Assembly: GCA_032718475.1 (NCBI GenBank)
Contig: JAUCBJ010007860.1
Span: 1 to 64,000, forward strand
Direction: 5' to 3'
DNA length: 64,000 bases
Origin: Nemertoderma westbladi
Taxonomy: Eukaryota > Animalia > Xenacoelomorpha
Shown here: positions 39,995 through 54,669 of the stretch, one piece after another
How positions within the stretch are numbered: the stretch's first letter is position 1
Layout of the letters: each line of letters starts with the position of its first letter
Translations under genes and position numbers: made by a program
The notes under the pieces: model-generated
Told to the model about the DNA's origin: nothing
Seen by the model: the letters and a program-made list of their open reading frames with translations, nothing else
Database searches by the model: none

Positions 39995-42900
39995 CAGTCC
40001 AGCTCACCAACAGAGTGCCGTCGGATCCGATCTGAACCGATCGGATCCAACAGCTTCAAACACTTTCAGACAAACTCCAACAGTCCAACAACTTCAAACA
40101 GATTCAGACAGTTTCAAACAGATTCAGACAGTTTCAAACAGAATCAGACAACTTCCAACAACCTGTCAATCACTTCACCCACACTCAACCGCAACCCCAA
40201 CTCAACTCCCATCTTCTTGTGCGCAGATAGAATGAAAGCGTTTGAAACTACTAAAGGAACTCCATTCATAAAGCCACAATAACGACAGAGTGGACTGGCC
40301 ACTGGCGGCGCCCTTGAACATTCACACTGTAACTTAAGCTGACCTGAAGGAACAGCCCATTAGTGAGGTCGGTATTTCTCTTTATTCCTGCCGCTATCTT
40401 TGAATAACACAATAGCAGAAAGCTAACCAGTGGTCTACCCCCAACACAAGAAAGACAAGTTGGCTACCATTGAAATGAATGGGGAATGGAATTCTGTGTT
40501 CACATACTAATGTTGCTTTGGGTTGGTCTAGAGCCATACAATAGAGCTATACGGAAATACACTTCCAAAGAGCCAAGCAGTGGCGGTATAGGTCCAAAAT
40601 GCCCATGTAGAATTTCTTCGAATAAGGCTCAATTTCTTTAAGTTACATTAATTAAAATACTGATAAATATATTTTGCTTTTCGCAGGAGGGACAGTATCC
40701 CCCTCTACAGTTAACATAGTGTACGTACATGTGTTAGTTATATCGTTGCGTTTATTTATATTTATACAGGTTTGGATATGATCTCTACTAGTTTGATTTT
40801 TGTTTTGTCAATTAATTAATTGTGCGGTTAATTTGTCAATCACAGCCTTAATTGGCTACATTGCTTATTGTATGAATGAATATAATTTAGTTATTAAGAC
40901 ATTATTTTAATTAGTATCTGGTGTGATTAGGTCTACCTTTTACATAACAACAGTACATCAATGGCGGATATACTACTACTACTAAGTCGAGCGAACTCGG
41001 ACAGTGGAAATGAGATCCTTCCAGGCTTCCCGATTCTCCATAGTTGTCGCAATTGCGTTTCTCCCAAGTTCAGAGATGGCGGATATACATTACACATCAT
41101 AATATGGCATGGCAGTCACGTGAAAACAAGGGCCTTCACATTCCCAATTCTCTATCTAATCTATTATGGTTGTGCGTAATGCTCAATACTACTTTATGAT
41201 ATTAATTCATTCACGTTTAACATTAACAGCCATACGTTTCATCAACCCCCTCCCCTTCCAATGTGACAAACTATCACGATATGTTGGCGTTGGGCCCCGT
41301 CCCTACGTCCACCCTCCCTTGTGAAGGGCTAGGGGGGACTTTCGACCCATCATTACTAAAGGGTAGTGATAATATTCAAAATAAGTTTTCCCATGTATAC
41401 GTAATTTTATTCTTAAATAGGTACTTGTTTGTTCCTAAATTCTGCCTAAATGCTGCCTTACTCAATGTTAACTAATTTATTGTTCTCGAATATTTAATTC
41501 GTAACTAGGGAACCGCTTAACTACAAACCAATATTGGATATGGAGTTCCGTTTCGAAGTTCGCCTTGCAGAGACTAAAGTTGCAATAACTTTTGAGGGTG
41601 TGAATGTAATTTACTCAAATAGGGTAGGTGCGCGAAAAAATAGTTGGGCTAGAAGTATTATGTACAAACCTTTTCATTACGATGCTCTTTCAACACAACT
41701 AATAAAATTAACCAAAAATATTTTTTTCACTCATTGTGGGGCGAGCCACGAAGTGAGTGAGCCTTAGCGTAGTGGTACCATTAATCAACCTGTCGTTCTG
41801 TCGTTCTGTCGTTCTGTCGTGTTCAATTTTAAACGTTAATAACTCGGCCAATCTTTGATGAAATCTATCCAAACTTGGTACACATGTTGTTTGGCAAAAG
41901 TTTAGAAATTTTCCAAGTAGAATTTCCGTGTGGCCTTCGAGAAGCTAAGATAATAGCAGTTAATTAGTTAATTAAGTTGATTGCGGTGAAAACGCCATTT
42001 TCAACCTGCCTTTTAAAGGAAATTAATTGTTTTACAGTATAAGATTTAAATAATTATACTTAAAAATTATACAGATATAATCCCCATACGCCATTCTATT
42101 ATAGTTTTTAATTAGTTTAAGTGATTTGCTTTAATAAATGTGTCTTTAATTGATCTAAACGTAATTAAACCGCACAATTATTGAGTACAAATTTAATCCT
42201 TCCCATTATTGGTCAAGTCTCTGCTGGTGTGGAGCTAGCTGCTGGGAGTTGTGGCTGTAGACTAACCTGAGAGGAATTGTAATAGAGGCAACCAGTATTG
42301 CTATTCCAGCCCAATCACTGAATTGTGTTTATTATAGGCTGGACGGGCCGCATAACCGTTCGACTATTACTACTATTGCTATCTCAGTTAAATGACAGAT
42401 ATAATAACATAAATACAATCCATGGCATGGCTGTTGAAGTCTTCTGAAATAGTTTATTCCACAATGTATATGTCTGGTTATTTTTTAATTGAATTTTTGC
42501 AAAGTAGTAAAATTAATGTTCTTAAAAATAATATTATTATTTTATATGTAACCTAGGAAATTAGCTACATTTTTTCGCTGCAGCTTTAAGAGTGTACATT
42601 GATTTAATATTATTTCAATACCCATATTACTACATCGGCATAAGATGCGTTGGCGTTGTATCACACATCTCCACATATCACACATCTCCACATAGATGTA
42701 TCAACAGTTACTCGCACAGTTTCGAAACTTCGCATAGTTATAACTGTATAAAGATCGTCAGTCTGCGTTTAGGAAAAATATTTTATGACAAAACAGGACA
42801 AGCGACGAGCGCAACGAGGCATATAATGAAGACGAGTACTGCGTTGACTAAATTATTATATAAACCACCTGGCTTCACATATTGATCGCATCCCTAGTTA

Positions 42901-43941
42901 TTATTATTATAAAGATCGTCCTAGCTTGCGTTTAAGAAATATATTTAAATACAAAACAGGACGAACGCAAAGAGGCTTATAATGAAAACGAGTACTGCGT
43001 TTATTATATTCCTATAAACCACCTGGCTTTGCATATTTAACGTGCGATTGGAAATAAGTTCGTGCTACCCTTCCGTGGGTGGTAGATGTCGCGGTTATGT
43101 ATTGGTGGTTGGGAAGGGTGGGGGGGGGGGGGGGGGGAGATTAAAAGGGGTGAACACGTACTGTCCACCTTTCTTTGATTGATTGGTGGTGTGGGTAAAT
43201 TTCTCAAAACCTGATTTTGTGATACAGTCGCTGCATTTTAATTTGTATATAATAACTAGGCCTCGTGCTGCGCGAAGTCCCCACGAACGTGTAATTATAT
43301 TTACTGTTTGCTTAATCTGTTTGTGTTTATATCTGTTTATGTGCAGTATTTAGGAAGACGTCAAAGAAACTAATATATTTATAGCATTATTTACATTTCT
43401 AATTAAATTAAGGAATTAAAAACGTGTTGGTGTTATTATATTCATTTATCGGAATTTATATTATAGGAATTTATTATTCGTTTATGCATTCTAGTTAATT
43501 AATTGATATAATTAACGACATAATTATGTAAATAAAAATTGTTAAATGAAACAAATCTTTGTTTCGGTTTATAATTGACAATAGCACACCCTCACAATCA
43601 CTTCAAATTGAGAGTTAAAGTGATTGACATTTTGTTAATGAACTACGCTTTTGTAAGGCATTGGCAAATTCCAACAAATTCCGATGGCGTCAAACATCTT
43701 CAGACAACTTCAAACAACTTCAGATAGCTTCCAACAACATCCAACAGAAATTTCAAACACTTTCAGACGGATTTCAGACAGATTCAGATGGGCTCCAACA
43801 GACTAAACTTGTTGGAAATATTTTCTCCAACAGAATCAAACAGTACTAAATCTCCGTAGGTTAGCATTGTGCTTGTTTGAAGCTGTCGGAGTGTGTTGGA
43901 TCCGATCGGATCCGATGGCACTCTGTTGGTGAGCGGGACTG
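39995..43941. mobile_element. Non-autonomous Tc1/mariner-like DNA transposon (TA TSD)
   Basis: TIRs CAGTCC(A/C)GCTCACCAACAGAGTGCC(G/A)TCGGATCCGATC at both ends, each flanked by TA. Subterminal repeats of ttcaaacagattcagacag type are present. There is no transposase ORF. Confidence 0.82.
41735..42899 (+). mobile_element. Probable Helentron/DINE-like non-autonomous element nested in the Tc1-like element
   Basis: It starts ttgtggggcgagccac, has a (ctgtcgtt)n microsatellite and aaacttggtacacatg, and ends ...ccctagtt. A related 5' end occurs reversed at about 58580-58607. Boundaries are approximate. Confidence 0.45.
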
Positions 43942-45805
43942 TAGTATTAGGGGGACAGGAATTGGGTTAGTTAGGAAGCCTAGAGATCTGCGTGCTTTAC
44001 AGTACGTTGCGAGTTGCAATTGCTATCTGACTGCTGATTGTGAATTTCTGCGTTAAGAACTAAAATTGGTAAGTATAAACTATAGATTGTTACGCTGATT
44101 GGTGTGTTACTAAAGTGTGCCTAATAAATCACGAATGCTTGGATAGGTGCTCTTTTCCCTTTGATTGATTTCTATTTCTTAGTTTACTGTAATTAATTTC
44201 TGATTAGGTCGAAAATAATACGGTATTTTAGGCTGTTGCTAGTGTGACCCGTTGCGTAATAAATTAGAATTACGCACTCTGGAATACTTAGTAATTAGTA
44301 CGCCGTTACATATTTGTGACTGTAATTAATTAGTAAAATTAAGAATTTGTACGCTGCATAGCGGAGGGTAGTTAAGGTAATAATTTTAGAGTACCGTACA
44401 CTATTCACGCTGGGCGGTTATTTGAATTAGCGGACAAAATTCACATCGTAGTATACAGTATACAGCGCGCATCAGTAAATTGCTGGTCTAAAGCCAGCCG
44501 CAGATAAGTTGAGTCCCGAAATAAACGCTGCATCGATTTTTGATTATTTTAAATATTCTCACATTCACACATTCCGTTAGGGAACCCCAGTATTGCGATT
44601 AGATGCGATTAGATTAGATTAGAAAGGACGTAGTTGTTAGCACATTTTACAGTAAGATTAGGCTATAAAAATACACTCTGAGTGTCAAATCTCTCACACT
44701 CGTCTTAAGTCAGCTTAGGGAGCCGATTCGGGTTTATTGTTTTGGTTATTCCCGAGTGGCTCATATATTCGAACAGTTAGCTCTCTATCGAGTAATTGGT
44801 AGAGAAAGGAACGAGAAATTAGCAGGAGCCGTAGAAAATTAGGAAATATATTAGCGGACGGCAGATTAGCGCCATCCAACGGTAAGTAGCGGTTTTGTAT
44901 TTAGCAGCCCTACATTAGCAATTATATGCTCCTGATTGCCCTGTCTAGTAAATAGAGCAGTTTTGTGTCTTTATTGGTTAGGCTGGGTAGTTTGTTCGTA
45001 ACAGTAAAGCACGTTTTGTTTTGCTGTACTGCGTACTGTACTGCGTACAGTGACGAGTGTATTCAGCATTAGATTACTGTATTATTTACTGTTACTTTAG
45101 ATTGCTTGACTGCTTTAACAGTAAGGCACGTATATTGTCTGCTGTAGGCCTACTGCTTACAGAGACGAGTATATTCTTAGGCTGTTAGTTTAGATTACTG
45201 TATTCACTGGTCGCGTACAATAGTACAGTAGTACATTAGGCTGATTGCTGTTACTGCGTACAGTAGAAAAGACATTTGTTTTGCTGTACCGCACACAGTA
45301 TTTATTAGGCTGTTAGGTTGGTGTACTGTTTTACTTACTGTATTGCGTACAGTGGATATATGGTAGTGCGTTTACTAATCGCAAATACAGCAGTTCCTTA
45401 GGCCGTTAGGGCAGGCCGTAATTAGTAAGTTTTTTGAAAAATTTTAGCTAGGTTTGTGAGAATTCAGTTTTGGTCAAAATTATTTGTAATAAAATCTAGA
45501 GTTTTGTACCGGTATGTTAGATAACCGCTTAGTTATTTTATACCATCTGGAGATACATGGCAAGACGGAGCTTCTGAGTTTGGGGTTCGTGTGGGTCTGC
45601 GGGTTCGGTTTGCAATCAGCGAAAAGACTGAAACTTTGGACGCGGACGTGGAATCTCACAGCAAACAAGGTTAGTTGTTCTGTTGGCACCATTGTGTTTG
45701 TGGAAGCAGTAAAAAATTATCGGTTGTTTAACTGCGAAGCTGAACTCAATTTATTAGTTAGGATATTTAGGTTTAGCCGACCATGGGTTTTTGAATCGCT
45801 CGAGT

Positions 45806-45843
<38 letters not shown>

Positions 45844-45997
45844 TAACCCGAAGATGTAGCCACGCGCTAGTGGATACATATAATATTTGAAATTAAAATT
45901 GCGTTGATTAGAGTTATATATGTAAATTTAGAAATATTCGGGTGGCAAGTTTATTTTGAATATTTTGTATTAGATTCAAAAAATTATTTGTGTCATC

Positions 45998-47585
45998 TGA
46001 CGATAGCGTTAATATTACTGTTGACGACAATGCCGACTATGACGACGCAGCGATCGAGGACGTAAGTGAACAGGAGGACGAGACAGTAACTAGTGAGGAA
46101 GAACAACAACCTGAGGGAATAATATTAGGATCCCCTACCGCTACTGTAAGGAAGGATTGTACAACAACCTGACCAGAGGTGAGTGATAGGGAGGGTAGTG
46201 TAGCAGAAGCGAGAGCCCGGAGCCCGGTTTCCAGACCTGTAGGTATGGTAAGTGCCGTGGTCCCAGCGGCTGTAAGGAGTACCCATAGTTCCTGAAATAA
46301 TCCTTCAAGTCCACCAAGTGTGAGTCAGGTAAGCGAACAGCAACTGGACATCGCGATAAAGAAGAAACTTCGCGCGCATGCCGGACATATAACCCGGACG
46401 GCGGACAAGGTAAGGAAGATGTTAGCCGACTCAGCGAACATCGGAAGGGAAGGATAGTAGAGATTAGAAAAGGATACAACTCAGCGTTATTCAAACAGAC
46501 GGAGGAGCTTGCAGTCCTAGCAAAGAAGGCAGTAGAGTCTCAGTCGAGCAACGTGGCGACGAGGATTTACGATAGGGTTTTAGCAGCCTTGTTGGAGCAC
46601 CGCGCATTATCGGAGCGATTTCGACGAGTTAGGACGGAGAACTGGCTGCTATGGGCATCACAAGCGCAGGCGACTCAGGTGAGTGACGCAGAGTCGAGAG
46701 ATTTAGTGGAGCGGGAAGAAACGCAAGATAAGGAGGAGCGCCGTTATCAGCGGGAAGTTACCAGCTGGCTGATGCAGAGTGGAGTGGTGGTACCGGGCCA
46801 GGTGCTACCGACGACGGAGAACATCCAACAGAGAACGTTAACTCCACCCGATGATGCATCTAGAGACAGTGGGGATTCCCAGGTTAGTCACGCACGAGGG
46901 AAAGTTATATGTGCTAGATCCCTCATTTCTCACAACTCGGCGGAGGAGAGAAGACACCGACTGGACAAACAACAGGCGGAAGTTTTGCGTGCATCGGAAG
47001 CACGGAAGGAAGCCGAGCGGGAATGCGAGTGCACACGGAAGTTGGACGCGGAGTTGCGAGAGTTGGAAGAAATAAGTAAGCGCGAACGGGCCGAACGCGA
47101 GCAAAAGGAGCGCGAGCTTCAAGCCGTACGCGAGCAAAAGGAGCGCGAGCTTCAAGCCAAACGCGAGCAAAGGGAGCGCGAGCTTCAAGCCGAACGCGAG
47201 CGCAAGAAACTCGAGCAGGAACAGAAGGAACGCGAGCTTCAACTCGAACGCGAGCGCAAGGAACGCGAACTCGAGATCGAGAAAAGGAGACGCGCGTTGT
47301 ATGAAGAGAAGGCGCGAGTGGAAGAAGAGAGCGCAGCGAGACGAGCGAGGGAAGAAGAAGAACGTAAACTGGCGCAGTTGGAAAGTGCGAGATTAAATTT
47401 AGAGAGCGAAGAACGGACTAGAAAGGCGAATGAAATTGCCGAGAAGGGGATGCGAATGATCGAAGAATGTGGGGCGAGTGTAGGGACTGAGTTGCGAGAA
47501 CTGTTCGCACTGCAGAAGGCCGAACAGGAAGCGAGAACTCCGACCATACGCGAGTCGACGACGACCAGAATTCCTATACCCGGTC
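45998..47585 (+). pseudogene. Degenerate gag fragment, unit B
   Basis: Copy of about 1220-2802 with the start region deleted. It keeps the 7 bp missing in unit A, giving the continuous ORF 46553-47788. Confidence 0.6.
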
Positions 47586-49328
47586 CAGCTGCAATAATTT
47601 CATCAGGAATCCCATATAATGAAAGTATGCTGAACATACGTGAGCGGGAGACTGAATCAAAGGCCTTGAAAAAGTCAACAAAGATAACAGCCAGGTGCCT
47701 TTCTTTCTTTTTTGATAACTCTTCAATTATCCTTCCAAGTGCCAAAATTTACTCCATGGTCCCACGACCTTTACGGAACCCATTCTGATTTCCACGGAGC
47801 TGTCTCTCAATGGGATCCCTGTTGCGATTTAATATAATTCTATTGTATAGCTTTGTTGCAATCGAGATCAATGAGATTCCCCGAAAAGAACCATATAGTG
47901 TTAGGTTGCCCTTCTTGGGAACTGGCTCCAACTTATTTGTTTTCATTTCTTGTGGGACTCTTGTTGTTCGGTACATGTCTACTATGATGGGATAGATGAG
48001 CTTTAAACACTCAGGTATTTAAAAGACCTCAGGGGGAACACCATCTACTCCACTGGCACGATTGGTCTTAATGCTCTTTGCAGCAGCCTTCACTTCTGCA
48101 AAGGAGATATCGCCAATGGGAATATCTGGAAGTACAGACTCAGACACTTTTACTTCTATAAAGTTATCAGGCAATACCCTGTCATTATTGAGGAGCTTTT
48201 CAAAGTGGACCTTCCAACCATTGAAGCAATCGGCTGGTGATTCATCCTTAACCTTGGTGGTTGGTTGGCTTTTCCGCCCAGTAAGCAAGTTGATCGATTT
48301 CCATGCCTGGGATGATTGCCTGCTGTCGTCAGCATCATTGATGGCATCAACCTGTTGGTTTGTTAGCTCCTGTAGATTAACAGAGTACTGCCTGTTCAGG
48401 GACCTAGATGCAGCCTTCTGCATTCTTGGCCGCTGTAGTCTGTTTGAGTTGGGACTCTTTCTGCGCCTTATATAGGTCATTTCGGCACTTCTGGATTTTG
48501 TTGTCAGTCCTATTCCTGTTTCGAGGGTATACAGGAACTGTTTCTGCAGCTGCTAACTTAACTGCTTCTGTGAAGGCAGTATAGCCCTCACAGTGATCTG
48601 CCGCATCAGAGGCAAGAACCTCATACTTGTTGCTCAGCTGTAGTGTGAAGCTGGATCTCACACTTGGCTTTTGCAACAGAGAGGACCAGTTATGCCGCGG
48701 CAAGGAGGATTTCGTTGTTCTGATAGCACGCAGACTAAGTTTTACCTTGGCCAGAATAAGGCGGTGATCACTGGAGAAGGGGTGAAGTGTAAATGCATTA
48801 CAGTCTTGTATAGAGCTCCTGTACTTCCTACAAACAGAATATGGTCTATCTGGGACTTGTGACCACTGGGTCCACTATGAGTCCATAGCTTTCCAGTTCG
48901 TTTCTTGAACTGGGTACCAGCCGAAAACAATCCATTTCCAGAGATAAAATCCTGAAGATGGACGGAATTACGGTTGACACTATTGCTATAGAACCAGGGC
49001 GATGTAGGTAATTGATGCAGACTTGCATTAAAGTCTCCCAGGAATGTTAAGAATGCATGCTGATCCACTCCATCAGTAGCTGCTTGTAGTAGCTCCACTT
49101 GCCTGCCAGTCACTGTACGTACAGTGTACACCTGTAACACTAAGGCACCGTAGGCCGTAATGCGTGTGCAGTGTTGGGTTAGGGTACCGGCTGACTGGGC
49201 CGCTTCCTTCAACTTTACCCCTTCCGGCTGTACCATGCTTGTATTACACCAGAACACAGATCAGCTGATGCTGAATTGATTCATCCAAGCCGCTATTGGT
49301 CAACACCCAACAACCAACCAGCAGACAG
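47586..49328 (-). mobile_element. LINE (APE-RT) fragment, unit B
   Basis: Copy of 2803-4545 with additional disruptions. Confidence 0.9.
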
Positions 49329-51297
49329 TATTTGGTATTAAATTATCTTTTAAAGTCGAAATTGGGGAGAAATTATCAGATTTTATAAATTATAAAATGC
49401 AAAGTGTGCCTTCTAATAATACCTATCGTACTGGAAAGCGAGAATTTGTAGATTATTTGATAAATTCGATATTTTCGTTGATAATTGCGTATTTTTCGTT
49501 ATTTTCGGGTTTTATAACTATCCCCAGTGATGCTAATGGTTTATATAAATACCCCAGTGCTATAAGGGTTAACGTATGTTAATTAATGGAGACATTTCTT
49601 CATTAGTTGGGAGCGGGACATTTTCACAATACTTAAGTTACCGGGATATTTGGAAGAAATTCCTACTCTGTGATTGGCTTAAACTCAAGGACTACTAAAT
49701 ATTTTAATTCTTCGGTACTGTGGGATGTCTGATACTGATACGAACTGAACTGAATGAACATACTGGACGAAACCGGCATAGTTTGCATATATGTGAGATA
49801 TAAATTAAAAAACAAATTTATTACTGGTATTCGTGTTACTTCTAAAACAAGACAAGTAGGATGCTGAGCTGCAGGCACCTAACAACAACCCCAAGTAATT
49901 TTCATACAGCCAGCGCTTAAAATGCAACGGCAATATAATTTATTGTGCATAATTATTGATTGCCAGTGACATAGTCCTCCGAAAGAAACTTGAATGGACA
50001 GTATCAACTTATCTTGACCGTAATTGACCGTTAAATCTAATCAATTGACTCAAATTGAAATCAATATTTGGATTTAGTGATAACAATTACTAAATAATTG
50101 CAATAGTGTAGCATTAGCATCTAACTTTTACATTTCATTGTATGTAAATTAATTAATAGCAATGGGGTAGGCGACTCAAAAAATTTTATTTGAGTTATTT
50201 TTGATGTAATGTGAAAAATCATGTGAAAAACCCCAGAGAGCCATTTGACTTCAAAAAAATTAATATTGGGGGAGTTATAGCGATTTTAAAAAGCAAAATT
50301 AGCAACATCGAAAAATCGGGCCGTTTTAGGAACTTGCGCATTTGACGTCAGCCATAACACAGCAACAGTTGTCAAGCGCAGTTGATTGGTCAATATAAAA
50401 TATAATACTTCAGTTATCTATAACAATAAAAATAATTAACGTAGCTAAGTAATTATTTGGATGTGTATTATATTCGTTAAATATTGTGTTAAAAAATACT
50501 CACAAGTAAACCGTTTTTTTTTATTTTTTATTTTTTAATATGATAAACCTTTAATAAACAAAAAATACACAGCCTAGTAAACCAGTAAACCGTTACATTG
50601 TCTGATTGTTTTCACGGTTCACAGTTCAGGTCGTCCCGGTTTGAGAAGCAAAGAATGATAATGTTTTAATATAGTCCTAATCAGCTACGGTAATAATAGG
50701 TTACCGGTAATATTACAGTATTAAATACAGAAATAGGCCGCCTTTAAAAACTAGGATTGGAACGATGTTAAGAAGGTTGTTTCCAAGGCCGTTTTTTAGA
50801 AAGCACAATGACAATGGCCGACATCGCTCGAGGCATTAACATCAGCACAATTACTAAGGAAAAACCAAATAAACAAAGACGAAAAGACGACATATATACT
50901 CCAGCCAGACAAAAGTGGAAAGTCGCAACGGAGTAGTGAGCAGCTTTCCATCAGGTACAACAAACAGCTATAAGGCTGAAGAATAACTACGGTGTAATTG
51001 GTGCAATACTACTGTAATACAGATGGATACAGTTTTTAAAAGGTTGTAAATAAAGATAGAAAGCAAAAAAAATTCTGGCTCACCCACAAAGTGGTCGGAA
51101 AGTGAAACTCTCTCTGTTGGTGGTGTACGTTAATCCTAAGAACGTAAATCACAGACAAACTGAAAATGTGATCCGACACATAGAAAGGGATCAGTTAACA
51201 AAAAATGGTTTTCAACTTTTTTAAAACATGGGCAACATAACAATAAGTTATTCTAGAATTTATTAAAGGATTGAACGGACAAAATTTGGGAATACAC

Positions 51298-51329
<32 letters not shown>

Positions 51330-51796
51330 TGGACATGTCACTGAATTACGACATTATATTCCAGGACATGGTGTAATGCACAGAAAAGGAGGCACTACTA
51401 TAGCTTGTGTGACCGACCATAAGGGAAAATTGTTGAAGACAATTTTTAGAGGTTTTCGCATGACTTTTTTCAATTTTTTTATGGATGGTGGTTGGTCATC
51501 TGGTATTCGATTGAGTGATAGCTCGTAAATTTTCTTAGGTAGCCAGTGTTTTTATAAGGTATAGCCAGTGTTTTTAAAAATACATGAGGATTTAATAAAA
51601 ATTGCATTAGATTGCAATTACAATAGCTAAAATTTGAATATTTTTTTAGATATTTTAGGTATTTTAAAAACACTTGCTACCAAGCAAAATTTACAAGCTA
51701 TTACTAAATCGAATGTCAGCCAATTGTTAGAAAATTGAAATGAAATTAATTAAATTAATTGCAACTTTAAAATCTTCCCTTGAATGTTCGCGACCC

Positions 51797-52402
51797 GGCA
51801 CTTGTATAGTATCGATGCCGAAATTTTAGATGTTTTTTGATTTTTTTCTTTTTAGATTAAAATATTTTTGACATGTTGTTTGGCTTTGTATTATCAATTT
51901 CATTCTAGAATTACCGGTATATATTTTTGTTGCTATGGTTACATAAATAAAATAAATTTCAAATTACGTATTACGTAAAAATAATGTATTTCTTTTTGTA
52001 ATGCTTTTTTATTTCTTATTGTTATTGACAAATATATTTGAGGATTAAATGACACTTGTCATTTTTCACAATAAAAAGTACTAGCCAACACAAAATCAAA
52101 ATTACTAGCTACCATCTTTTTGCCAGATGTTCAAATATTTGTTCTAGAACAAAAAACGTCATAATAAAAGACATTTTCACAAGAAAAAATCGGTCAATTT
52201 TTTTTATTTTTTCAATTATGAGTTTTTCACTAGCTAATATAAAGTAATAGCTAACACAAAATAAAAATTACTGGCTACCATCTTCAAGATGGTAAATATT
52301 TGTTCTTGAACAAAAAACCTCATGATAAAACCGATAATCACTAATATAATTAATTAATAGATGTTTGTTTTTAAATTTGGGCATAGATACTATACTAGTG
52401 CC
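51797..52402. mobile_element. Mutator-like MITE, unit B
   Basis: GGCAC...GTGCC termini with TSD tcgcgaccc (51788-51796 and 52403-52411). Confidence 0.8.
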
Positions 52403-52496
52403 TCGCGACCCCACTAAAGATATCTAATTGCTTTATGTCTTCCAGTTCCTGCCCTCTGATGGTTTGCGTATGGTTCTCAGTTTGCACATAATAATT

Positions 52497-53609
52497 AGCA
52501 AGTCGTTAGACTTGATTACTGTAAGAAAAAAAGGCTACTGACTACTGGCTACTGGCTACTGACTACTGGCTACTGACTACTGACCTAGAGCAAAAACGGC
52601 TCTAACGATTTTGATGAAATTTTGCATGGACCATGAAAATGGATTTCTAAGGGTACTTGTGAAATCGCGGTTTAAATTGAAACATCTCAAATTGTTTTAT
52701 TTCGAGAAATAGCCCCAAAACACTAAAATTGCCATAGGCGCAATGATAAAACACCAGCTGGCACTCATGAAAAATGTATAGAGATGGCCTGGTAATGCAT
52801 TCAATAGGAAGGGCAACTAACAAAGAAGTACTTTGTGTGCCAAGTTTTATTATCACTCTATTCTACAACTACAACCCAGACAGTAATCAAACAAAACATT
52901 AACTGGTTTAGCTGGCTATTACAGTCTCAGCTGAATTACTCTTCCCAATGCATCATTGCTATGCTAATTAATTGGCGTGCAAGCTAAATGACTGTTAGTT
53001 AAACAGTGTTTTGGCTACACAGTGTATTGTACTATGCTCTCATCGCATTATTGTTTTATTTTGAAATCTTTGTGCCAACATTAATACTGTGGAGGGTGTA
53101 TGCTTATAAGGCTGAATGTTTACTCAGCCTCATAATGATTCTCCATAAGGCTAACATTATAGTTTGAAATATAAAAATCTGTTATAATAATAATATAAAT
53201 GTTGTAAATTGTTAATCGCGGTTTACATTGAAACATCTCAACCTGTTTTATTTATTACAAAAATAAGAATTAATTTGTCTTATCACTTCTTTTGCGCGAT
53301 TGTATATTGAATTCATGGCAACTGCTGTTATTATTATTAAACAACGACTCGACTACTCTAACTCTCTGACTACTCTATCATATAGAACAAAATAATCAAT
53401 TCGCTAACTGCTCTCTATCTTCTATAATCACAACAGCTTTTATAATTCATTAGATGATTACAACATAATAATTATAGTTCGAAGTTGTCTAGAAAATTTC
53501 TCGTACACCACCAGGACTAATAATTGATTATCAGACAGAACAAAAAGCTTTTACTTGACTCGTACTGTCTCCTACGACTTGCTTCACGGGCCGCTAGGCC
53601 CGTCTCTAG
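52497..53609 (+). mobile_element. Helentron/DINE-1-like (HINE) insertion specific to unit B
   Basis: It is absent from units A and C, where the site reads aataatttcaag. It has subterminal inverted repeats AGCAAGTCG / CGACTTGCT, a (ctactg[a/g])n microsatellite, a 3' hairpin acgggcc-gcta-ggcccgt and a CTAG end, and it is inserted in a T run. Confidence 0.82.
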
Positions 53610-53814
53610 TTTCAAGAATAATTGAAATTGGTGCAAGGAATTAATTAAAATAATTATAAAGTTATCTGGCATGTCTGGTGTGTTCCAAAAGTTACTGAAG
53701 ATGAAAAATTGTGGTTGGAGTTGGACTACAACGTTTCCCGGTGGAGTTGTTTCCCACTGCTACCTTCGGGTAGCAGCTATTAATTGAGGAGCCTTAGGGT
53801 CGCCTCCGGCTTCG

Positions 53815-54375
53815 GCCGACTGCTTGCTTTACTTATAAATGAATTGTTGTGGGGTGGGTGACGGGGAATTAAATATATGTTATACAGTGTAGTACATTAT
53901 GATAATGTTTTCCATAGCGAAAAATATCAACCGCCCCTATTGGGACTCGAACCCGGTACCTAGGTTTCAAACTTACGGTTATCATCAGCCGAGTGTGCGT
54001 CTTAAGACCACTGAGCTACCAGGGCGGTAGAAGATTTATTAGCTATGGAGTGGGCTATCATATATTTAGGCCTTTTACAGTCACTCATAGGAAAGTACAA
54101 CGTTATTCCCGTGCTCTTGCCAGAAATGGCAACCATGCTTCAAAGAATAACTATATTCAGTGTTGTAGAAACCACTGATACCCCGTATGATAGTGAATTA
54201 CCCGTCACCCACCCCACAAGAATTCATTTATAATTAATTAACAATCATGGCCGGCATGGCCGGTATTAGTGGTTTCTACTGCCCTGGTAGCTCAGTGGTC
54301 TTAGGACACACACTCGACTGATGATAACCGGAAGTTTAAAACCTAGGTACCGGGTTCGAGCCCCAATAGGGGCTA
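53815..54375. mobile_element. tRNA-promoter/hammerhead element, unit B (intact minus-strand ribozyme at 53951-53994)
   Basis: Copy of 7920-8470. The plus-strand ribozyme copy has a GAAA to AAAA core change. Confidence 0.72.
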
Positions 54376-54669
54376 TGTTTGCTTTGATTTATCGCTCAGT
54401 TGATATCCTCCTCGTTATGCTGCAAAGTAATCAATCAGTTATAAACAACTTCCTGACTTCTTGAACATGTCTTGTGCACCGTGTTCGGTATCCTTCATTG
54501 CTCTAAGTGTATTATTGTTGGCAGGTTTACTACTATGTTTTGGGCCACCCACCTTCAATTTTTTTTATACTAGCTAGTTTTTGTGGCTAGGGCATATTTA
54601 TATGAATCTTCCCCGCATTGCTCGCTCGGTACATAAATACACTCGGATTACAACACCGAAATTTTTTCG

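Larger units (their letters stand above)
38885..44310 (+). mobile_element. Probable LTR (about 1.5 kb net) of the degenerate gag-bearing element, interrupted by a DNA transposon
   Basis: Ends TGTTACGG ... CCGTTACA form imperfect inverted termini. It has a TATAAA near 39456, AATAAA near 44124 and 44258, and short tandem repeats at about 38920-39020. A leader follows that runs into the gag fragment. No second LTR is visible to confirm the call. Confidence 0.45.
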